This document shows, one piece after another, positions 51,501 through 64,000 of a stretch of 64,000 bases of DNA. A model generated the notes under the pieces. That model saw nothing but the letters and a program-made list of their open reading frames with translations. It did no database searches and was not told where the DNA came from. The DNA lies in assembly GCA_046563655.1 (NCBI GenBank), contig JAJCTO010000011.1, positions 62,001-126,000 of the forward strand, given 5' to 3'. Positions within the stretch are counted from its first letter, which is position 1; every line of letters begins with the position of its first letter. A program made the translations under genes and the position numbers. The DNA comes from Yuukianura sp. NJ FZ-2021 (taxonomy: Eukaryota).

Positions 51501-54500
51501 TGTGTCAAAATGGTGCTCGACATTGCCCTGGGTGCCGTATTCCAACCCAAGATAAAATCCGAGGTTGAGCGTTTCATTCAGACTTTTAAGTACGCTCTAA
51601 CCAGATTTAATTGCGATCTATCCACGCCAATTAAACTTGGGTTCCTGTAGTACTTTTCAGGAGGATTTCAGAAAAGTAACTCATTTTCACCTGCCATCGC
51701 TCCGCGTGGAGGTTTTTCGAATGATTTGTTTTGAAACAAATTTTCATAAAAAAAGGTCACGAGATGAGGGACGACACAGCAACTGAACGTGGGTTCCTGT
51801 AGCACTTTTTATGAGGATTTCAAAAATATAGTTGGCTTTTACCCAGCATCGTTCCGGAATGCATTTCTTTTGAATTTTTTGTTTTGAAACATGAATTTTC
51901 ATAAATAAAGGTAACAAGATGATGGACGACACAGCAAGTGAAAGTGGGTTCCTGTAGCACTTTTTATGAGGATTTCAAAAATGTAATTTACTTTCTGTTC
52001 ATTCTCACATTTGCATGTTCACTCTCATAAATTTAAGTCGTTTTGTGTCAAAATGGTGCTCGACATTGCGCTGGGTGCCGTATTCCAACCCGAGATAAAA
52101 TCCGAAGTTGAGCGTTTCATTCAGACTTTTAAGTACGCTCTAACCAGATTTAATTGCAATCTATCCACGCCAATTAAACTTGGGTTCCTGTAGTACTTTT
52201 CAGGAGGATTTCAGAAAAGTTACTCATTTTCACCCGGCATCGCTCCGCGTGGAGGTTTTTTTGAATGATTTGTTTCGACAAATTTTCATAAATAAAGGGT
52301 CACGAGATGAGGGACGACACAGCAACTGAACGTGGGTACCTGTAGTACTTTTCAGGAGGATTTCAAAAAAGTAACTCATTTTCGCCCGTCATCGCTCCTC
52401 GTGGAGGTTTTTCGATTGATTTGTTTTGAAACAAATTTTCATAAAAAAAGGGTCACGAGATGAGGGACGACACAGCAACTGAACGTGGGTTCCTGTAGCA
52501 CTTTTTATGAGGATTCCAAAAATATAGTTGACTTTTACCCAGCATTGTTCCGGAATGCATTTCTTTTGAATTCTTTGTTTTGAAACATGGATTTTCATAA
52601 ATAAAGGTAACAAGATGATGGGCGACACAGCAAGTGAAAGTGGGTTCCTGTAGCACTTTTTATGAGGATTTCAAAAATATAGTTGGCTTTTACCCAGCAT
52701 CGTTCCGGAATGCATTTCTTTTGAATTTTTTGTTTTGAAACATGAATTTTCATAAATAAAGGAACAAGATGATAGACGACACAGCAAGTGAAAGTGGGTT
52801 CCTGTAGCACTTTTTATGAGGATTTCAAAAATGTAATTTACTTTCTGTTCATTCTCACATTTGCATGTTCACTCTCACAAATTTAAGTCGTTTTGTGTCA
52901 AAATGGTGCTCGACATTGCCCTGGGTGCCGTATTCCAACCCGAGATAAAATCCGAAGTTGAGCGTTTCATTCAGACTTTTAAGTACGCTCTAACCAGATT
53001 TAATTGCAATCTATCCACGCCAATTAAACTTGGGTTCCTGTAGTACTTTTCAGGAGGATTTCAGAAAAGTTACTCATTTTCACCCGGCATCGCTCCGCGT
53101 GGAGGTTTTTTTGAATGATTTGTTTCGACAAATTTTCATAAATAAAGGGTCACGAGATGAGGGACGACACAGCAACTGAACGTGGGTACCTGTAGTACTT
53201 TTCAGGAGGATTTCAAAAAAGTAACTCATTTTCGCCCGTCATCGCTCCTCGTGGAGGTTTTTCGATTGATTTGTTTTGAAACAAATTTTCATAAAAAAAG
53301 GTCACGAGATGAGGGACGACACAGCAACTGAACGTGGGTTCCTGTAGCACTTTTTATGAGGATTCCAAAAATATAGTTGACTTTTACCCAGCATTGTTCC
53401 GGAATGCATTTCTTTTGAATTCTTTGTTTTGAAACATGGATTTTCATAATAAAGGTAACAAGATGATGGACGCCACAGCAAGTGAAAGTGGGTTCCTGTA
53501 GCACTTTTTATGAGGATTTCAAAAATATAGTTGGCTTTTACCCAGCATCGTTCCGGAATGCATTTCTTTTGAATTTTTTGTTTTGAAACATGAATTTTCA
53601 TACATAAAAGTAACAAGATGATAGACGACACAGCAAGTGAAAGTGGGTTCCTGTAGCACTTTTTATGAGGATTTCAAAAATGTAATTTACTTTCTGTTCA
53701 TTCTCACATTTGCTTGTTCACTCTCACAAATTTAAGTCGTTTTGTGTCAAAATGGTGCTCGACATTGCGCTGGGTGCCGTATTCCAACCCGAGATAAAAT
53801 CCGAAGTTGAGCGTTTCATTCAGACTTTTAAGTACGCTCTAACCAGATTTAATTGCAATCTATCCACGCCAATTAAACTTGGGTTCCTGTAGTACTTTTC
53901 AGGAGGATTTCAGAAAAGTTACTCATTTTCACCCGGCATCGCTCCGCGTGGAGGTTTTTTTGAATGATTTGTTTCGACAAATTTTCATAAATAAAGGGTC
54001 ACGAGATGAGGGACGACACAGCAACTGAACGTGGGTACCTGTAGTACTTTTCAGGAGGATTTCAAAAAAGTAACTCATTTTCGCCCGTCATCGCTCCTCG
54101 TGGAGGTTTTTCGATTGATTTGTTTTGAAACAAATTTTCATAAAAAAAAGGTCACGAGATGAGGGACGACACAGCAACTGAACGTGGGTTCCTGTAGCAC
54201 TTTTTATGAGGATTCCAAAAATATAGTTGACTTTTACCCAGCATTGTTCCGGAATGCATTTCTTTTGAATTCTTTGTTTTGAAACATGGATTTTCATAAT
54301 AAAGGTAACAAGATGATGGACGCCACAGCAAGTGAAAGTGGGTTCCTGTAGCACTTTTTATGAGGATTTCAAAAATATAGTTGGCTTTTACCCAGCATCG
54401 TTCCGGAATGCATTTCTTTTGAATTTTTTGTTTTGAAACATGAATTTTCATACATAAAAGTAACAAGATGATAGACGACACAGCAAGTGAAAGTGGGTTC

Positions 54501-57500
54501 CTGTAGCACTTTTTATGAGGATTTCAAAAATGTAATTTACTTTCTGTTCATTCTCACATTTGCTTGTTCACTCTCACAAATTTAAGTCGTTTTGTGTCAA
54601 AATGGTGCTCGACATTGCCCTGGGTGCCGTATTCCAACCCGAGATAAAATCCGAGGTAGAGCGGTTCATTCAGATTTTTAAGTACGCTCTAACGAGATTT
54701 AATTGCGATCTATTCACGCCAATTAAACTTGGGTTCCTGTAGTACTTTTCAGGAGGATTTCAGAAAAGTTACTCATTTTCGCCCGGCATCGCTCCGCGTG
54801 GAGGTTTTTCGATTGATTTGTTTTGAAACAAATTTTCATAAAAAAAGGGTCACGAGATGAGGGACGACACAGCAAATGAACGTGAGTTCCTGTAGCACTT
54901 TTTATGAGGATTCCAAAAATATAGTTGACTTTTACCCAGCATCGTTCCGGAATGCATTTCTTTTGAATTCTTTGTTTTGAAACATGGATTTTCATAAATA
55001 AAGGTAACAAGATGATGGACGACACAGCAAGTGAAAGTGGGTTCCTGCACTTTTTATGAGGATTTCAAAAGTATAGTTGACTTTTACCCAGCATCGTTTC
55101 GGAATGCATTTCTTTTGAATTTTCTGTTTTGAAACATGAATTTTCATAAATAAAGGTAACAAGATGATGGACGACACAGCAAGTGAAAGTGGGTTCCTGT
55201 AGCACTTTTTATGAGGATTTCAAAAATGTAATTTACTTTCTGTTCATTCTCACATTTGCATGTTCACTCCCACAAATTTAGGTCGTTTTGTGTCAAAATG
55301 GTGCTCGACATTGCCCTGGGTGCCGTATTCCAACCCAAGATAAAATCCGAGGTTGAGCGTTTCATTCAGACTTTTAAGTACGCTCTAACCAGATTTAATT
55401 GCGATCTATCCACGCCAATTAAACTTGGATTCCTGTAGTACTTTTCAGGAGGATTTCAGAAAAGTTACTCATTTTCACCCGGCATCGCTCCGCGTGGAGG
55501 TTTTTCGATTGATTTGTTTTGAAACAAATTTTCATAAAAAAAGGGTCACGAGATGAGGGACGACACAGCAACTGAACGTGGGTTCCTGTAGCACTTTTTA
55601 TGAGGATTCCAAAAATATAGTTGACTTTTACCCAGCATTGTTCCGGAATGCATTTCTTTTGAATTCTTTGTTTTGAAACATGGATTTTCATAATAAAGGT
55701 AACAAGATGATGGGCGACACAGCAAGTGAAAGTGGGTTCCTGTAGCACTTTTTATGAGGATTTCAAAAATATAGTTGGCTTTTACCCAGCATCGTTCCGG
55801 AATGCATTTCTTTTGAATTTTTTGTTTTGAAACATGAATTTTCATAAATAAAGGAACAAGATGATAGACGACACAGCAAGTGAAAGTGGGTTCCTGTAGC
55901 ACTTTTTATGAGGATTTCAAAAATGTAATTTACTTTCTGTTCATTCTCACATTTGCATGTTCACTCTCACAAATTTAAGTCGTTTTGTGTCAAAATGGTG
56001 CTCGACATTGCCCTGGGTGCCGTATTCCAACCCGAGATAAAATCCGAAGTTGAGCGTTTCATTCAGACTTTTAAGTACGCTCTAACCAGATTTAATTGCA
56101 ATCTATCCACGCCAATTAAACTTGGGTTCCTGTAGTACTTTTCAGGAGGATTTCAGAAAAGCTACTCATTTTCACCCGGCATCGCTCCGCGTGGAGGTTT
56201 TTTTGAATGATTTGTTTTGAAACAAATTTTCATAAAAAAAGGGTCACGAGATGAGGGACGACACAGCAACTGAGCGTGGGTTCCTGTAGCACTTTTTATG
56301 AGGATTCCAAAAATATAATTGACTTTTACCCAGTATTGTTCCGGAATGCATTTCTTTTGAATTCTTTGTTTTGAAACATGGATTTTCATAATAAAGGTAA
56401 CAAGATGATGGACGCCACAGCAAGTGAAAGTGGGTTCCTGTAGCACTTTTTATGAGGATTTCAACAATATAGTTGGCTTTTACCCAGCATCGTTCCGGAA
56501 TGCATTTCTTTTGAATTTTTTGTTTTGAAACATGAATTTCCATAAATAAAAGTAACAAGATGATAGACGACACAGCAAGTGAAAGTGGGTTCCTGTAGCA
56601 CTTTTTATGAGGATTTCAAAAATGTAATTTACTTTCTGTTCATTCTCACATTTGCTTGTTCACTCTCACAAATTTAAGTCGTTTTGTGTCAAAATGGTGC
56701 TCGACATTGCCCTGGGTGCCGTATTCCAACCCGAGATGAAATCCGAGGTTGAGCGGTTCATTCAGACTTTTAAGTACGCTCTAACCAGATTTAATTGCGA
56801 TCTATCCACGCCAATTAAACTTGGGTTCCTGTAGTACTTTTCAGGAGGATTTCAGAAAAGTTACTCATTTTCGCCCGGCATCGCTCCGCGTGGAGGTTTT
56901 TCGATTGATTTGTTTTGAAACAAATTTTCATAAAAAAAGGGTCACGAGATGAGGGACGACACAGCAAATGAACGTGAGTTCCTGTAGCACTTTTTATGAG
57001 GATTCCAAACATATAGTTGACTTTTACCCAGCATCGTTCCGGAATGCATTTCTTTTGAATTCTTTGTTTTGAAACATGGATTTTCATAAATAAAGGTAAC
57101 AAGATGATGGACGACACAGCAAGTGAAAGTGGGTTCCTGCACTTTTTATGAGGATTTCAAAAGTATAGTTGACTTTTACCCAGCATCGTTTCGGAATGCA
57201 TTTCTTTTGAATTTTCTGTTTTGAAACATGAATTTTCATAAATAAAGGTAACAAGATGATGGACGACACAGCAAGTGAAAGTGGGTTCCTGTAGCACTTT
57301 TTATGAGGATTTCAAAAATGTAATTTACTTTCTGTTCATTCTCACATTTGCATGTTCACTCCCACAAATTTAGGTCGTTTTGTGTCAAAATGGTGCTCGA
57401 CATTGCCCTGGGTGCCGTATTCCAACCCAAGATAAAATCCGAGGTTGAGCGCTTCATTCAGACTTTTAAGTACGCTCTAACCAGATTTAATTGCGATCTA

Positions 57501-60500
57501 TCCACGCCAATTAAACTTGGGTTCCTGTAGTACTTTTCAGGAGGATTTCAGAAAAGTTACTCATTTTCACCCGGCATCGCTCCGCGTGGAGGTTTTTCGA
57601 ATGATTTGTTTTGAAACAAATTTTCATAAAAAAAGGTCACGAGATGAGGGACGACACAGCAACTGAACGTGGGTTCCTGTAGCACTTTTTATGAGGATTC
57701 CAAAAATATAGTTGACTTTTACCCAGCATCGTTCCGGAATGCATTTCTTTTGAATTCTTTGTTTTGAAACATGGATTTTCATAAATAAAGGTAACAAGAT
57801 GATGGACGACACAGCAAGTGAAAGTGGGTTCCTGCACTTTTTATGAGGATTTCAAAAGTATAGTTGACTTTTACCCAGCATCGTTTCGGAATGCATTTCT
57901 TTTGAATTTTCTGTTTTGAAACATGAATTTTCATAATTAAAGGTAACAAGATGTTGGACGACACAGCAAGTGAAAGTGGGTTCCTGTAGCACTTTTTATG
58001 AGGATTTCAAAAATGTAATTTACTTTCTGTTCATTCTCACATTTGCATGTTCACTCCCACAAATTTAGGTCGTTTTGTGTCAAAATGGTGCTCGACATTG
58101 CCCTGGGTGCCGTATTCCAACCCAAGATAAAATCCGAGGTTGAGCGTTTCATTCAGACTTTTAAGTACGCTCTAACCAGATTTAATTGCGATCTATCCAC
58201 GCCAATTAAACTTGGGTTCCTGTAGTACTTTTCAGGAGGATTTCAGAAAAGTAACTCATTTTCACCCGGCATCGCTCCGCGTGGAGGTTTTTCGAATGAT
58301 TTGTTTTGAAACAAATTTTCATAAAAAAAGGTCACGAGATGAGGGACGACACAGCAACTGAACGTGGGTTCCTGTAGCACTTTTTATGAGGATTTCAAAA
58401 ATATAGTTGGCTTTTACCCAGCATCGTTCCGGAATGCATTTCTTTTGAATTTTTTGTTTTGAAACATGAATTTCCATAAATAAAAGTAACAAGATGATAG
58501 ACGACACAGCAAGTGAAAGTGGGTTCCTGTAGCACTTTTTATGAGGATTTCAACAATATAGTTGGCTTTTACCCAGCATCGTTCCGGAATGCATTTCTTT
58601 TGAATTTTTTGTTTTGAAACATGAATTTCCATAAATAAAAGTAACAAGATGATAGACGACACAGCAAGTGAAAGTGGGTTCCTGTAGCACTTTTTATGAG
58701 GATTTCAAAAATGTAATTTACTTTCTGTTCATTCTCACATTTGCTTGTTCACTCTCACAAATTTAAGTCGTTTTGTGTCAAAATGGTGCTCGACATTGCC
58801 CTGGGTGCCGTATTCCAACCCGAGATGAAATCCGAGGTTGAGCGGTTCATTCAGACTTTTAAGTACGCTCTAACCAGATTTAATTGCGATCTATCCACGC
58901 CAATTAAACTTGGGTTCCTGTAGTACTTTTCAGGAGGATTTCAGAAAAGTTACTCATTTTCGCCCGGCATCGCTCCGCGTGGAGGTTTTTCGATTGATTT
59001 GTTTTGAAACAAATTTTCATAAAAAAAGGGTCACGAGATGAGGGACGACACAGCAAATGAACGTGAGTTCCTGTAGCACTTTTTATGAGGATTCCAAACA
59101 TATAGTTGACTTTTACCCAGCATCGTTCCGGAATGCATTTCTTTTGAATTCTTTGTTTTGAAACATGGATTTTCATAAATAAAGGTAACAAGATGATGGA
59201 CGACACAGCAAGTGAAAGTGGGTTCCTGCACTTTTTATGAGGATTTCAAAAGTATAGTTGACTTTTACCCAGCATCGTTTCGGAATGCATTTCTTTTGAA
59301 TTTTCTGTTTTGAAACATGAATTTTCATAAATAAAGGTAACAAGATGATGGACGACACAGCAAGTGAAAGTGGGTTCCTGTAGCACTTTTTATGAGGATT
59401 TCAAAAATGTAATTTACTTTCTGTTCATTCTCACATTTGCATGTTCACTCCCACAAATTTAGGTCGTTTTGTGTCAAAATGGTGCTCGACATTGCCCTGG
59501 GTGCCGTATTCCAACCCAAGATAAAATCCGAGGTTGAGCGCTTCATTCAGACTTTTAAGTACGCTCTAACCAGATTTAATTGCGATCTATCCACGCCAAT
59601 TAAACTTGGGTTCCTGTAGTACTTTTCAGGAGGATTTCAGAAAAGTTACTCATTTTCACCCGGCATCGCTCCGCGTGGAGGTTTTTCGAATGATTTGTTT
59701 TGAAACAAATTTTCATAAAAAAAGGTCACGAGATGAGGGACGACACAGCAACTGAACGTGGGTTCCTGTAGCACTTTTTATGAGGATTTCAAAAATATAG
59801 TTGACTTTTACCCAGCATCGTTCCGGAATGCATTTCTTTTGAATTCTTTGTTTTGAAACATGAATTTTTATAAATAAAGTAACAAGATGATGGACGACAC
59901 AGCAAGTGAAAGTGGGTTCCTGTAGCACTTTTTATGAGGATTTCAATAATATAGTTGACTTTTACCCAGCATCGTTTCGGAATGCATTTCTTTTGAATTT
60001 TCTGTTTTGAAACATGAATTTTCATAAATAAAGGTAACAAGATGTTGGACGACACAGCAAGTGAAAGTGGGTTCCTGTAGCACTTTTTATGAGGATTTCA
60101 AAAATGTAATTTACTTTCTGTTCATTCTCACATTTGCATGTTCACTCCCACAAATTTAGGTCGTTTTGTGTCAAAATGGTGCTCGACATTGCCCTGGGTG
60201 CCGTATTCCAACCCAAGATAAAATCCGAGGTTGAGCGTTTCATTCAGACTTTTAAGTACGCTCTAACCAGATTTAATTGCGATCTGTCCACGCCAATTAA
60301 ACTTGGGTTCCTGTAGTACTTTTCAGGAGGATTTCAGAAAAGTAACTCATTTTCACCCGGCATCGCTCCGCGTGGAGGTTTTTCGAATGATTTGTTTTGA
60401 AACAAATTTTCATAAAAAAAGGTCACGAGATGAGGGACGACACAGCAACTGAACGTGGGTTCCTGTAGCACTTTTTATGAGGATTTCAAAAATATAGTTG

Positions 60501-63500
60501 GCTTTTACCCAGCATCGTTCCGGAATGCATTTCTTTTGAATTTTTTGTTTTGAAACATGAATTTCCATAAATAAAAGTAACAAGATGATAGACGACACAG
60601 CAAGTGAAAGTGGGTTCCTGTAGCACTTTTTATGAGGATTTCAAAAATGTAATTTACTTTCTGTTCATTCTCACATTTGCTTGTTCACTCTCACAAATTT
60701 AAGTCGTTTTGTGTCAAAATGGTGCTCGACATTGCCCTGGGTGCCGTATTCCAACCCGAGATAAAATCCGAGGTTGAGCGGTTCATTCAGACTTTTAAGT
60801 ACGCTCTAACCAGATTTAATTGCGATCTATCCACGCCAATTAAACTTGGGTTCCTGTAGTACTTTTCAGGAGGATTTCAGAAAAGTTACTCATTTTCGCC
60901 CGGCATCGCTCCGCGTGGAGGTTTTTCGATTGATTTGTTTTGAAACAAATTTTCATAAAAAAAGGGTCACGAGATGAGGGACGACACAGCAAATGAACGT
61001 GAGTTCCTGTAGCACTTTTTATGAGGATTCCAAAAATATAGTTGACTTTTACCCAGCATCGTTCCGGAATGCATTTCTTTTGAATTCTTTGTTTTGAAAC
61101 ATGGATTTTCATAAATAAAGGTAACAAGATGATGGACGACACAGCAAGTGAAAGTGGGTTCCTGCACTTTTTATGAGGATTTCAAAAGTATAGTTGACTT
61201 TTACCCAGCATCGTTTCGGAATGCATTTCTTTTGAATTTTCTGTTTTGAAACATGAATTTTCATAAATAAAGGTAACAAGATGATGGACGACACAGCAAG
61301 TGAAAGTGGGTTCCTGTAGCACTTTTTATGAGGATTTCAAAAATGTAATTTACTTTCTGTTCATTCTCACATTTGCATGTTCACTCCCACAAATTTAGGT
61401 CGTTTTGTGTCAAAATGGTGCTCGACATTGCCCTGGGTGCCGTATTCCAACCCAAGATAAAATCCGAGGTTGAGCGTTTCATTCAGACTTTTAAGTACGC
61501 TCTAACCAGATTTAATTGCGATCTATCCACGCCAATTAAACTTGGGTTCCTGTAGTACTTTTCAGGAGGATTTCAGAAAAGTTACTCATTTTCACCCGGC
61601 ATCGCTCCGCGTGGAGGTTTTTCGATTGATTTGTTTTGAAACAAATTTTCATAAAAAAAGGGTCACGAGATGAGGGACGACACAGCAACTGAACGTGGGT
61701 TCCTGTAGCACTTTTTATGAGGATTCCAAAAATATAGTTGACTTTTACCCAGCATCGTTCCGGAATGCATTTCTTTTGAATTCTTTGTTTTGAAACATGG
61801 ATTTTCATAAATAAAGGTAACAAGATGATGGACGACACAGCAAGTGAAAGTGGGTTCCTGCACTTTTTATGAGGATTTCAAAAGTATAGTTGACTTTTAC
61901 CCAGCATCGTTTCGGAATGCATTTCTTTTGAATTTTCTGTTTTGAAACATGAATTTTCATAAATAAAGGTAACAAGATGTTGGACGACACAGCAAGTGAA
62001 AGTGGGTTCCTGTAGCACTTTTTATGAGGATTTCAAAAATGTAATTTACTTTCTGTTCATTCTCACATTTGCATGTTCACTCCCACAAATTTAGGTCGTT
62101 TTGTGTCAAAATGGTGCTCGACATTGCCCTGGGTGCCGTATTCCAACCCAAGATAAAATCCGAGGTTGAGCGTTTCATTCAGACTTTTAAGTACGCTCTA
62201 ACCAGATTTAATTGCGATCTATCCACGCCAATTAAACTTGGGTTCCTGTAGTACTTTTCAGGAGGATTTCAGAAAAGTTACTCATTTTCACCCGGCATCG
62301 CTCCGCGTGGAGGTTTTTCGATTGATTTGTTTTGAAACAAATTTTCATAAAAAAAGGGTCACGAGATGAGGGACGACACAGCAACTGAACGTGGGTTCCT
62401 GTACCACTTTTTATGAGGATTTCAAAAATATAGTTGGCTTTTACCCAGCATCGTTCCGGAATGCATTTCTTTTGAATTTTTTTGTTTTGAAACATGAATT
62501 TTCATAAATAAAGGTAACAAGATGATAGACGACACAGCAAGTGAAAGTGGGTTCCTGTAGCACTTTTTATGAGGATTTCAAAAATATAGTTGGCTTTTAC
62601 CCAGCATCGTTCCGGAATGCATTTCTTTTGAATTTTTTTGTTTTGAAACATGAATTTTCATAAATAAAGGTAACAAGATGATAGACGACACAGCAAGTGA
62701 AAGTGGGTTCCTGTAGCACTTTTTATGAGGATTTCAAAAATGTAATTTACTTTCTGTTCATTCTCACATTTGCTTGTTCACTCTCACAAATTTAAGTCGT
62801 TTTGTGTCAAAATGGTGCTCGACATTGCCCTGGGTGCCGTATTCCAACCCGAGATAAAATCCAAGGTTGAGCGGTTCATTCAGACTTTTAAGTACGCTCT
62901 AACCAGATTTAATTGCGATCTATCCACGCCAATTAAACTTGGGTTCCTGTAGTACTTTTCAGGAGGATTTCAGAAAAGTTACTCATTTTCGCCCGGCATC
63001 GCTCCGCGTGGAGGTTTTTCGATTGATTTGTTTTGAAACAAATTTTCATAAAAAAAGGGTCACGAGATGAGGGACGACACAGCAAATGAACGTGAGTTCC
63101 TATAGCACTTTTCATGAGGATTCCAAAAATATAGTTGACTTTTACCCAGCATTGTTCCGGAATGCATTTCTTTTGAATTCTTTGTTTTGAAACATGGATT
63201 TTCATAAATAAAGGTAACAAGATGATTTACGACACAGCAAGTGAAAGTGGGTTTCTGTAGCACTTTTTATGAGGATTTCAAAAATGTAATTTACTTTCTG
63301 TTCATTGTCACATTTGCATGTTCATTCTCACAAATTTAAGTCGTTTTGTGTCAAAATGGTGCTCGACATTGCCCTGGGTGCCGTATTCCAACCCGAGATA
63401 AAATCCAAGGTTGAGCGGTTCATTCAGACTTTTAAGTACGCTCTAACCAGATTTAATTGCGATCTATCCACGCCAATTAAACTTGGGTTCCTGTAGTACT

Positions 63501-64000
63501 TTTCAGGAGGATTTCAGAAAAGTTACTCATTTTCGCCCGGCATCGCTCCGCGTGGAGGTTTTTCGATTGATTTGTTTTGAAACAAATTTTCATAAAAAAA
63601 GGGTCACGAGATGAGGGACGACACAGCAAATGAACGTGAGTTCCTATAGCACTTTTCATGAGGATTCCAAAAATATAGTTGACTTTTACCCAGCATTGTT
63701 CCGGAATGCATTTCTTTTGAATTCTTTGTTTTGAAACATGGATTTTCATAAATAAAGGTAACAAGATGATTTACGACACAGCAAGTGAAAGTGGGTTTCT
63801 GTAGCACTTTTTATGAGGATTTCAAAAATGTAATTTACTTTCTGTTCATTGTCACATTTGCATGTTCATTCTCACAAATTTAAGTCGTTTTGCGTCAAAA
63901 TGGTGCTCGACATTGCCCTGGGTGGCGTATAGCAACCCAAGATAAAATCCGAGGCAGAGCGGTTCATTCAGACTTTTAAGTACGCTCTAACCAGATTTAA
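21553..64000 (-). repeat. Same composite satellite in inverted orientation, right arm (~56 higher-order units; 543, ~697, ~850 bp and rare odd lengths)
   Basis: Reverse complement of the left-arm monomers (e.g. gggttcctgtagcactttttatgaggatttcaaaa). Starts abruptly at gacgagacg|ttcaggaggatttcag and continues to the window end. Confidence 0.98.

Noticed and set aside
7..63807. Hundreds of repeated 60-140 aa ORFs (MSSIILLPLF..., MHVHSHKFK..., MLQEPTF...)
   Set aside because: They are translations of satellite monomers. Most start at GTG/TTG, monomer lengths are mostly not multiples of 3, homopolymer indels shift frames freely, some copies have stops (~5220, ~36150), and there is no recognisable domain.

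Overview
Eukaryotic heterochromatin-like DNA, probably from an arthropod. About 90% of the window is one AT-rich composite satellite. It is built from ~155-bp A monomers, ~153-154-bp B/B' monomers and a 236-bp C monomer, assembled into higher-order units of ~544 (ABC), ~697-700 (AABC or ABB'C) and ~848-855 bp (AABB'C). The array runs on + from 1 to ~15369 (~24 C units) and in the opposite orientation from ~21553 to the window end (~56 C units), so the window is a giant inverted repeat around a 6.2-kb non-satellite island. The island is a stack of mobile-element debris: several MITE/foldback inverted repeats (one nested in another), a degenerate ~31-bp minisatellite, a canonical Helitron 3' end, a short basic ORF with TATA/Inr/polyA signals, a cluster of nuclear-receptor-type AGGTCA sites and GC boxes, and the 5' end of a BEL/Pao LTR retrotransposon (LTR, PBS, start of gag) cut off by the right-hand array. 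A 94-bp Transib-like MITE with a 5-bp TSD sits inside one satellite monomer. The hundreds of repeated ORFs in the track are by-products of the satellite. No intact cellular gene, rRNA, tRNA or CRISPR array is supported.
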